The notes beneath the pieces were generated by a model. That model made no database searches and was not told the DNA's origin. It saw nothing but the letters and a program-made list of their open reading frames with translations. A stretch of DNA of 46,696 bases from Octopus bimaculoides (taxonomy: Eukaryota). A program made the translations under genes and the position numbers. The stretch is taken from contig NC_068990.1 in assembly GCF_001194135.2 (NCBI RefSeq), positions 32,598,470 to 32,645,165 on the forward strand, in the 5' to 3' direction. Numbering within the stretch: the first letter of the stretch is position 1; every line of letters begins with the position of its first letter. Below, piece after piece: positions 36,620 through 46,696 of this stretch.

Positions 36620-37030
36620 TGGTGAGGAGTTTAGTTAGAGATGAAGAACTAATGCTGGGCTCTATTGTGTTCCAGTTGTAGTTATTATGCTGGTGGTGGG
36701 AGTAGTGGTATATTTTGGTGTAGTTGTCATAGTGACAGTATTTTGCTTTGTAGTACTGTGTATTATATGGTAGTGGTGGTGCATTTTAGTAAGGTAACCA
36801 TGGTGATTGGAGAGGTAAGGGTGGTTATAGTAGTGAGGTGGGGTTGGTGGTGTTTTTGGTGTGATGGAAGAAGTGGTAGTAGTGTTTGGTTTTATGGGAT
36901 GATGTATTTTTGTAGCACCGGTGCATTTGGTTGGTTATATGATATATTGAGTACTAGAGGTTCATTGTATCATGGTGGTGTTTGTGGTTTAAGTTGCTGT
37001 AGTGATATTTGTGATGTAGTTTCAAGTTCA
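36620..37030 (+). repeat. Degenerate (TGG/TAG/TTG)n low-complexity tract
   Basis: Accounts for most of the Val/Gly/Cys-rich ORF 36665-37117. Similar tracts at 29460-29700, 37320-37470 and, as (ACC)n, 43570-43874. Confidence 0.8.
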
Positions 37031-39315
37031 ATCTCATGTAAGGCACCTTGGGCAAGTGTTTTCAACCATAGCCATGGATCAGTGAAATTGGTAAACAGAA
37101 ACTGTGGAAGTCTGTGAGTAGGTCTGTTCTATTCTTCAAAGGTAAGTAGATTATTGTCTACTCATCACCACCACTACCACCGCCGCCACCACCACCACCA
37201 CCAACTCCATCACCTGACCTCTGAGTGCTTTTAGTAGAGTTCACTCAACCACTCAGTTTCAAACATTCTGGAGACCCTGGAAAGGGTTAAGGGCACTGCC
37301 CTTCACTCTTCCACATCTCACCGAAGTATGTATGATGGATAGATGATGGTGCATTGAGTTGTGGTTTTGGAGATAGTTGTGGTGGGATATTGTTCTATGC
37401 TGTGCTGTTGTATTGAGGTAGTGTGGTGTTAGTGATGTGGAGGTGTACAGCTGTGTGTGCTTGTGTATATAGTGATGTTGTTTAACCCTTGGTCCACTTG
37501 ATTGAGCAGACCTATGACCAGAGGCATTCCAGGCATGACATGCTATTTTTTGCCCTTTTTGTATAATAAAACTACACTGCAAAGTGTCTTTCCTTTTTAA
37601 GATGGCTGAATGTGATTTGAGGAAATTTAGCTGTTACTTTCATCAGGTAGAGTGACTATGTAAAGATTTGTGTGCCATGATGGTACTAAGATATATTGTC
37701 CAACTGAGATCTAAGTAAAGCTATGGTTGAATTATTGGGTGGTTCTGAGGTCATGACCTCAGTAGGTCAAATTTTTAACAATAAAAGTAGCAAAATATCC
37801 CTATATTTCTAAATTGCAGGAAATGAAAATTGAATGGTTCCTTATACTTATTTGAAATTCTATGATGGTCATTTCATCTTATTAGGAACCAAAGCCATAT
37901 TTTCAAAATTCGTTAAAAAACAACTCATTTGATGTAAGCATTTGATAAATTTTAAAACTATAATTTAGCCATTGTTCTCTTTAACATCTCTGCATTCTTC
38001 CTTCCTGAAACCAACTGAAGAAGGAGCTGAATTTTGTCAAGCAGACAAACTAGAAGATATAATTAAATGCCTTGTTTACTTATTGTGGTGAAAATACGAA
38101 GGTTGTATGAAACTTAGAACATACAGCCACACTCATGCAACTACATTATTTTAGTAATTTACCATTTTTGCATTTTTCTGGAACAACCAGTCTAGTATTT
38201 TATCAGCCATTTTGGTTAGATAAACTGAACTCAAGCTTCATTCTTGGCAGCCATCAGTACTACAGAGGAATCAGCAGAATCTTTTTTTTTTTCACACAGA
38301 ATTCTTTCTCATTTCAGTTAGTCTTAAATATTAAAACATTTAAGATGATTGTGTAATCAATTAGCTGTAACACATTTTATACCAGTTTTCATGTATCACA
38401 TGTTTTCAGTTTACCCCAGTAACATTATCACCTTCTCTCACTATATTTGACATATACAAGGGGCTTTCATTCAAAAACATATGTATAATGCTCTTGCTAT
38501 AAAATTTAAGTACACTGGTAACTTTACAAACACAAACATGTATAAGTGTTTTCTATGTATTTATGTAAACCTTGCTTTCAATAATGATGTACCATCAAGT
38601 TTCGTATTTTTCTCTGTTTACATTGTAGTCTAATATAAATTGGTACTTCACCAACCTTTAGAAAAACATTTATGTCTTAACTACTTGATTAACTGTATCA
38701 CAGGCCAGAAGAGGTCTATATTTCTGGTGATACAGGGAAAACAAGAAAATTGTCAAAATTAATTTATTATGTCTGTGCATCCATATTTTATACAGACTCA
38801 TTTCTATATATTCTGTGGTTAGCAAGCCCCTTAATTAATATCTCTTTGTCTCTGAGAAATTCTCTAATTACCTCAAAATGTATATAATTAATTAAATCTC
38901 CCTCAATAACAAATCCCCCTCAACTAGATGCAATTACTTGATATAATAAGGAAACAGTAACTGTCCTCCTCCATAATCTTCTCTATGCATGAATCATACA
39001 ACAGAAATCTTGATCGACTCCACAAATACTTGGTTTACCATTTTTACAGAATCTATCATGGCAGCTTTACACATAGAACATTTCCAAAACTATATCCAAA
39101 GGCATGTGGACAATTGGTCAAAATACAATTTATCAAAAAAAAAAAAAAAAAAAATGCTGTCAAAAAAGAGAAAAAGTACATTTGATTGAAGTATCAGTTA
39201 CTACAACCAAAAATTGATTTAATCATGGTAATTATTAAGTTAATTTCTTTTTGAAAAGTTTATATTGCTACATTTATTAAAATAATTCTATTAATATATA
39301 TATGGCTGTGTGGTA

Positions 39316-39722
39316 TAGGTGCAGGAGTGGCTGTGTGGTATAGGTGCAGGAGTGGCTGTGTGGTAAATAGCTTGCTTACCAACTGCATTGTTCCAGGTTC
39401 AGTCCCACTGCATGACACCTTGGGCAAGTGTCCTCTACTATAGCCTCAGGCCAACGAAAGCCTTGTGAGTGGATTTGGTAGACGGAAACTGAAAGAAGCC
39501 CTTCGTGTATATATGTATGTGAGTGTATATGTTTATGTGTCTGTGTTTCCCCTCCCAACCTCGCTTGACAACCGATGTTGGTGTGTTTACGTCCCTGTAA
39601 CTTAGCACGTTTGGCAAAAGAGACCGATAGAATAAGTACTAGGCTTACAAAGAGTAATCCTGGGGTCAACTAAAGGCGATGCTCCAGCATGGCCACGGTC
39701 ACATAACTGAAACAAGTAAAAG
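39316..39722 (+). mobile_element. SINE family B (tRNA head, CORE-like segment, internal TG microsatellite, tail), full length
   Basis: ggagtggctgtgtggtaa...ccaggttcagtcccactg...ccttgggcaagtgtc...ggatttggtagacggaaactgaaagaagccc-(TG/TA)n-...gactgaaacaagtaaaagag. Confidence 0.92.
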
Positions 39723-39932
39723 AGTATGTGTACAGTGTTAAAAAAATGTTATGACTCTGCCAAACATCTTAAACATTCACTGAATCATTTCAAGTAAATA
39801 CTAATACAGTTGACTATTTATGAGAAGTTGTCCATTATGGTAGATAGATTTTAATGCATTTTTTAAAATAATAATTTTGTTAAACTACTAATTTCGTATT
39901 ATATTTCAGAATGCTTTTTTTTCTTCTTTGAC

Positions 39933-40158
39933 AAATAAATATACACACTATATATTCGTTCTTCATTTCAGATTTATTATAGTTCTTATTTTATGTTCTT
40001 TGTCTGGAAATCTTTCATCACACATCTTGTGACCTCTTCAGTGACTCTCGCTCCCACATCACAGGATATGTGAAGAAAGATTTCCAGACAAAGGACATAA
40101 AATAAGAAGAATGATAAATCTGAAGTAAAGAATGAATATACAGTGTGGGTGTTTATTT
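39933..40158. repeat. Long inverted repeat: 100-bp arms, 86/100 identical, 26-nt loop
   Basis: 39933-40032 aligns without gaps to the reverse complement of 40059-40158, flanked by T-rich and A-rich runs. Confidence 0.95.
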
Positions 40159-41711
40159 CGCAAAAAAAAAAAAAAATTAAAATTACCATGTTGAAATATA
40201 ATAATATCTGTTTCAACACAGGATTTCACAACAAGAATCTTGCAAAACAAATACGTTAACATACTAATTTCTTCATATAGTAAAAACATTAACCATTTTC
40301 AAATATTGGTTCCATTCCCACAGCTTTTTCAACCAGCTATGATAAATGCTATAAAGGAACATTAAAATCAACTACTCTAATTCTCTTGACCCCCCCCCCC
40401 CCAAAAAAAAATCAAGCCTACAAGTTAATGCTTATCACAGATTAATAACTTATAAATGAATTTAGAAAAAGAAAAGCACATGTATCTCTCTGTTAAAGAT
40501 TCATAACTACATGAACGAATATAATCAACTTAATCACAAGAAAATGTTTAGCTCTCTTAATCCTATACTATTAATATCTGTAACGGTTGCCAAATCCTAA
40601 ATCACCCATAACCACAATTCAAACAGTTTTGTTGTTTGCTGAGAAAAAACTAGATCTAAGCACTCTTCTGTGCAAGAAACAAAGTTTAGTTACATATAAA
40701 AAAAAATTTCTGTTGTAAGACCTGTTTGTGCCATGAATGTTTATTTATCTATTTATTTATTTGCAATGTATTGAGTGAGTGTCTCTGAACTTTTTCTTCC
40801 TCTGAATTTTTTAGCATAATGGTGGTTAATCCTCAAGTCTCTCTTATCCCCAAATTTTAGGCCTTGTGTTTATGCTACAAACACAGACAGAGCGCACACT
40901 GTCCTTAGCTGGTAGGGTCACTTTGTGCGATGATGATAATTTCCCAGTGTACAGTTACCACAAAGTACCAGTCCTTTCATTGAAAATCTCCATATAAAGG
41001 TTGAAAGAAACAAAACAAGAACCAGAAAGATGATTCATTCTGAAGACTCACCGAGTGCACTTCTTGGGTAGGTACATGGCACTGGACTGGATTTGAACTA
41101 GAAACTTTTATTTATAAACTAAGTGTATTAAAGCTCTAATCCACTGAAGGATGAGATTTAATAGTCTCAACACCCAACCATTGCAGACATTTAACAGTTT
41201 CAGTGGATTATTGTTGCCTAAGTTCTTGCTAAGTAAATTGGTTATAGAAATCCTTGGTTTGTTATGAGCTAGGAAAAGATGAGAACTAAGAAACTAATTA
41301 TCCAACTTGATAACTGTTTTTGTGTGTCTTTACATTTTTCTAATTCCTTATTTTTAGTCTGTCTATCAGTGCTGCCTGTTCATTCAACCATGTAATAAGC
41401 TACCATTCAATTTATGTTAATTCCAAATAAGATTGTGATAACTAATGAGACATTGTGAACAATGATGTTTATTTCTATATAACATTAAATACAAATATTG
41501 ACTGTATCAGCCATACAGAACATATATTGCTAGGAAGAGAGAAGGAAATAGAATGAAATTAGATAAAATTTCATATTTCCATCTATTATATTATGATTAA
41601 AAAGAGGGTGATTAAAACAGAGAAATATGTATGAATGTATACATGTGTGTATGTGTGTGTATGTGTATATATATAAAACTATATGTCTATATAATTACAT
41701 GTATAAGTAAG

Positions 41712-41743
<32 letters not shown>

Positions 41744-42384
41744 ATATTCAGTGATGAGAATGGAATGTGTTATGAAAGCAAGATATTTAGGAGTTAAGCA
41801 TTTTTTAAAAATAAATTTTAAATAAAACATTTTATAACAGACAAACAAATAAGTATATTTTTTCTTCAATATATTTATAAACTAGAATTTATTTTATTCT
41901 TATAATTTAAATATTCAATAAACAACATAGATTACACACAGTGGAAGAGACAGAGTGGGAAATTGAGACAAATGAAAATATCTAAAAATCTTCTAATTTC
42001 CTAATGTTTTCCCAATTAAATTAGCTAAAATTTGCCAGTATTAAATGAGATCAGTCTGATATGAAAGTTTTATTTTAACAAGTGTGAGTTTGAATTATTG
42101 TAATGTAATAATATATTAGGAATAACTTACTTTTAGAAAGACAGATATATATAAATAGATAGATATAAATAGAAAGATGCAGAGAGGCAGATATATAATC
42201 ACAGAGAAGCAGATTTTTATGTAGGGAAACAAATGCAGTGAGAAAGGCATATAGATGTTAACATCATAAGAATTTATAAACTTAAAAAAGGGAACATGAA
42301 ATAATTCTTTTTGTTTTTGAATGTGGGAATGTTTTTCAACCTTATATTTACACACTATTATTTATAACGTATCTGTTACAAGAT

Positions 42385-42690
42385 CCACCTATGCGGGCTC
42401 TCCGTTGGTTATGACGATGAGTGTTCCAGTTGGTTCAATCAATGGAATAGCCTCCTTGTGAAATTAATGCACAAGTGGCTGAGCACTCCAGAGAGAACTG
42501 TACCCTTAATGTAGTTCTCAGGGAGTTCTAGCGACAAGGTTGGCCCTTTGAAATACATGTACAATTCATTTTTACCAGCTAAATGAACTGGAGCTATGTG
42601 AAATAAAGTGTCTTGCTCAATGCACCAAGAATCAAACTTATGACCTTACGATTGTGAGTGAGATGGATACTCTAAGCCATGCACCTTCCC
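42385..42690 (+). mobile_element. Interspersed repeat family D (SINE-like) with a different 3' part from the 31805 copy
   Basis: Shares the 5' core with 31805-32055, then continues ttcatttttaccagctaaatgaactggagctatgtgaaataaagtgtcttgctcaa. Confidence 0.75.
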
Positions 42691-43874
42691 TGACAAGATC
42701 TAAATATTCATTTCATGCTCTCTTGAATTTCATAAATTCATATGATGTCAGCAATATACAATTGTTTCTAAATTATGGAAATTTAAAGGATTACTTTGGT
42801 CCAATATAGAAAGTAACAAACAGAAAAAGGGGAGGGACATCCTTTAAGATAAAAAAAAAACAACAACAACCCAAAACAAAGAATCAAGAACAGTTTCTTG
42901 AGCACCTCACATCATTATGTCAGAGATAGCATCAATTTATGTTGCTACCCACGGAACTTTGACTTGGAATCGGATGGAATATTTCTAGACCAAAATATTT
43001 CAATTCCTTAGTCACCTCACCGCACTATTTTGGGGAGAAATAGAAACAGTTAAAAGTTAAATGAAAAATTAGAAAGAAAATTGACAGAAGAAGTGTGGGG
43101 TGTAAAATAAAGGAAGAATGAAGAGGGTGAGGGAGTTATCAAATAGGAGATTGTATACACATATGTTTGTATGTGCTTGTATATATGTATGTATTCGTGT
43201 GTGTCAGTGTGTGTTCATGTACGTGTACGTGTGTATGTACGAATATGTACATATGTATGAATATATGTATGTATGTATGCCCGTGTGTATATGACTGTAT
43301 AATATACATAAATGTTGATTTATTGGAGAATGGGATAACAGATTAAAAGTTGTACAAGTTCATTTAGTTTCAATTTGATTTGTAAAAAGTTTTTAAATTT
43401 GAATTTAAAAAGAAGAAAAGAAATGAAGCAGAGGAATAAAAGATTAAGACAAAAAACAAAAATATTGTTGCTGTAAAATATAATTAATAACAAACGTGAA
43501 TATTTTTAAATTACAAGACAGAGGAAAACAAGACAAATTATCTTTGAAAAGACAAATAAGAAACAATAACAACCATGCAGACTAATATCTCTACCAACAC
43601 CATTATTACCACTGTTGCAACCACCACCACCACCACCATCAAAATTACTAACACTATCACTAACACCAACAAAACCATCACCATCACCACTACCACCATC
43701 ACTACCAGTACTGATCTTCATCACTACCATCACTATCTCCACCCCAGCACCTTAATCACCACCATCACCACCACCACCACCACCACCACTGCCATTACCA
43801 CCTCTGTTACCCTTTTTACCACACCACTGCTGTGACCACCACCACCACCACCACCACCATACTACAACCACTCT

Positions 43875-44251
43875 NNNNNNNNNNNNNNNNNNNNNNNNNN
43901 NNNNNNNNNNNNNNNNNNNNNNNNNNNNNNNNNNNNNNNNNNNNNNNNNNNNNNNNNNNNNNNNNNNNNNNNNNNNNNNNNNNNNNNNNNNNNNNNNNNN
44001 NNNNNNNNNNNNNNNNNNNNNNNNNNNNNNNNNNNNNNNNNNNNNNNNNNNNNNNNNNNNNNNNNNNNNNNNNNNNNNNNNNNNNNNNNNNNNNNNNNNN
44101 NNNNNNNNNNNNNNNNNNNNNNNNNNNNNNNNNNNNNNNNNNNNNNNNNNNNNNNNNNNNNNNNNNNNNNNNNNNNNNNNNNNNNNNNNNNNNNNNNNNN
44201 NNNNNNNNNNNNNNNNNNNNNNNNNNNNNNNNNNNNNNNNNNNNNNNNNNN
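43875..44251. other. Assembly gap (N run)
   Basis: 377 N after an (ACC)n tract. Confidence 1.
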
Positions 44252-45277
44252 NTATACATATATATATGTGCATAAATATATATCTACGTATATATATTTT
44301 TACATATATATATATATATATATATATATTCCAAAAGTTACACAAATACACATGTGTATGTATATGTAGATTCATAATTTGTTTTGTTATCTACTTATAC
44401 ACATGCACACACACACGCATGCACACACGCACACGCATGCACACACACACACAAATCTTCCAAATTTCATTCTCACAAGGAAAGTTGAAGATTGATTCTA
44501 AAGTCAACGTAATGTAATTGCTAGTAGCAGAATAGCGGAGAAGATTACCAAATTTACTGTTTCTTTTCTTTCCTTTTCACTATTTTTATAGGAAAAAAAC
44601 TTTTTCGTCAGAAATCTTAGGTTTGGAATATAAGTAATTTATGTATGAATCATATATTTCTTTTGCTTTCCTCTTTTTTTATTTTTACATTTGTTGATTT
44701 ATTGCATTTGTATTTCATGACCCTTTTCCATAACCACCACACATCATTCCAATCTAATTTGGTTAACACACTGACTTTCACATGTTCTAGCTTTGTTCTT
44801 TTATTACTAAATTGTCTTCTTCAATGTGGAAAAAAAAAAAAATAGAGGTTTGTTTTTGTTCTTTATGTTGCCTATGTATCTAACTTTCGCTGTGAAAAGG
44901 CTTCTCTGTGTTTGTAGGATTTCAGTTGGAACCAGTTGGGTAGATATTATTGTAGTGTTGTACTGGTTGGCTCTTCTTTAAAAAAAAAATCTGTCTGATA
45001 TGGAGGTAGATGTCCAAAGAAAGCAGTTAGTTGGTTGTTGTTTTCATAGATCTTTGTATCTAAAAGTTGGCAAAATATGGAGTCTCTTATATTTTCAACA
45101 TGGCAGATTCTATAGGGTATATGGTCGTTATATTAATGTTGCACTGCAATACCTATTTACAGCTTGATACACTTGAGCTGAGTCATTTCCCAGTTTAGAA
45201 TATTAGTTATGGACTGAAGTGACAAGACAGGACCCTATAAATATTGATTCAGTTGTTGCACTCTCTGTGGGTTTTAA

Positions 45278-45497
45278 CCCTTTCGTTACCAACCTGGTTG
45301 AAACTGGCTCTGACTCTGAGTACAAATTTCTTGTTTTCATAAGTTTTGAATTAAAATCTTCTGCCAAACCTTAGACACAATTTATGTTCCTAACACTAAC
45401 TGAATGATAACTAAGTTATTTTACTAAATTCTTTGTTATATTTAAAGTAATCGAAAGAAACACAAAGCATCTCAAAATAAATACATTAATGAAATGG
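45278..45497. mobile_element. piggyBac-type MITE (220 bp) with TTAA target-site duplication
   Basis: TTAA at 45274-45277 and 45498-45501. Left TIR ccctttcgttac; the right end reads ccatttcattaa in reverse complement (degenerate). Confidence 0.7.
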
Positions 45498-45816
45498 TTA
45501 AATGTATATATATATATAATAGTTAATTATTTGAATTTTTTCTACAAGGTGGGAGTTAGTTTCTGACATAAGAAACGATGCTCCATTACTGAAATTAATG
45601 CGCCATGTTGGATTTTAAAAAAAGTTTGCATGTTTTTTACTGTTCCAGTTACAAATGTGTGTGTTGGCCAGTCTCTTCCTATGCCTGAAAATTCTAGATT
45701 CTCCAGACTGTCATTGAAACATTTACTAACATAACCAAATGAACCAATAATCATTGGCATAAATAGAAATTTATAATCAGAATTATAAATTCAATCAGTT
45801 ATTCATGAAGACATAC

Positions 45817-45872
45817 CATCTTACTGACTGTGGAAAAAATGTCCTCATCTGCAGCGCAACTGATTTCTATTA
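45817..45872 (-). CDS. Tentative exon (IEISCAADEDIFSTV[SKM])
   Basis: Acceptors gtacAG/taatAG, alternative donors a|GTAAGA (45825) and atg|GTATGT (45817), open in phase 1. Confidence 0.25.
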
Positions 45873-46103
45873 CTGTACATGATATTTTTTAAATTCAAAA
45901 CAACAATATATTTGTTATATTTGTACAGGGTAGAAATTTTGATGGAATGTCCCAACAATTATGCTTGTGATGATATACAAAAGTATTACCATACCAAAGT
46001 GTTATGTTACATAGAACTGTTGTCATGGAGGTTTAACATCATTTTGCATTTATGCAAGACACAATTCCTGTATCAGAGAGGATGCAATATGTCACTATCT
46101 TAA

Positions 46104-46322
46104 GTCGGCAAGCTGGCAGAAATGTTAGCACACTGGGCAAAATGCTTAGCGGTATTTCATCTCTTTTTTATGTTCTGAGTTCAAATTCTGGCAAGGTCGA
46201 CTTTGTCTTTCATCCTTTCAGGGTTGATAAATAAAGTACTAGTTGCATACTGGGGTTGATCTAATGGACTAGCCTCCTCCCCCAAAATTTCAGGCCTTAT
46301 GCCTCGAGCAGAAATGAATATA
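46104..46322 (+). mobile_element. SINE family A
   Basis: ggcaagctggcagaaatgttagcac...gagttcaaattctggcaaggtcgactttgtctttcatcctttcagggttgataaa. Confidence 0.92.
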
Positions 46323-46506
46323 TCACTATCTTGTAAAAGACTATAGCAATATGTCATCATAGAATAGTGGGGCTACATGCATCAGTGTGACATTGGATAT
46401 AGGAGAGGTTTCCTGCTAAAGTATCATGATTTACAGGAGGGTGTTGATATATGGTGATGATATCGTTATAGTGTTGGCATGTAGATAAACATTATTTGAT
46501 ATAGAC

Positions 46507-46543
<37 letters not shown>

Positions 46544-46696
46544 GAGAATCTCTTCATACAGGAATAGGTTCACAGAAGGAAGAGAGATTCTAACTCCATG
46601 TAACATGTTTTAGGGTGAGATAACATCAGTTAATAACTGGATGGAATCCTTGACAAAGAACAAGAGAAAGAATTTGTTCGAACCTGTGGACATTAT

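Noticed and set aside
36665-37117. 150-aa ORF rich in Val, Gly, Cys and Trp
   Set aside because: It is the translation of a degenerate (TGG/TAG)n tract plus a SINE fragment.
42935-43030. Very strong minus-strand polypyrimidine acceptor followed by CGEVTKELKIFWSRNIPSDSKSKF
   Set aside because: The tract is part of a purine-rich low-complexity region, and only weak donors precede the stop.
43506-43874. Thr-rich, mucin-like ORFs
   Set aside because: (ACC)n microsatellite adjoining an assembly gap, with no splice signals.
6301-46322. tRNA genes or a CRISPR-like array suggested by recurring A/B boxes and repeated cores
   Set aside because: The repeats are irregularly spaced, occur in both orientations, have no cloverleaf 3' ends and continue into SINE bodies. 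They are SINE copies in a eukaryotic genome.

Overview
AT-rich, repeat-dense animal genomic DNA with six assembly gaps (about 2.1 kb of N). The SINE repertoire and microsatellite load point to a coleoid cephalopod, most likely Octopus (inferred from recalled repeat families, not from a search). None of the supplied ORFs is an intact gene: most are microsatellite, N-run or repeat read-throughs, and a few are fragments of the features below. Manual reading gives five main results. (1) The last three exons of a minus-strand protein-coding gene (5797-5688, 3069-2990, 2856-2775) have canonical splice sites and splice in frame to a stop followed by AATAAA; I do not recognise the protein, and its upstream exons are only tentative. 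(2) A heavily decayed but domain-complete Ty3/Gypsy LTR retrotransposon (gag with zinc knuckle, protease, RT, RNase H, integrase) lies on the + strand at about 22.0-26.4 kb, interrupted by younger insertions. (3) There are many tRNA-derived and RTE-tailed SINE copies, including a five-copy cluster with inverted pairs at 29.9-30.9 kb. (4) There are TTAA-flanked piggyBac-type MITEs and LINE fragments. (5) Several hairpins and palindromes are not explained by the above, the largest having 100-bp arms at 39.9-40.2 kb. I found no clear evidence of a new biological system. The best leads are the unrecognised gene and the intronic dsRNA-forming structures, which are plausible A-to-I editing substrates.
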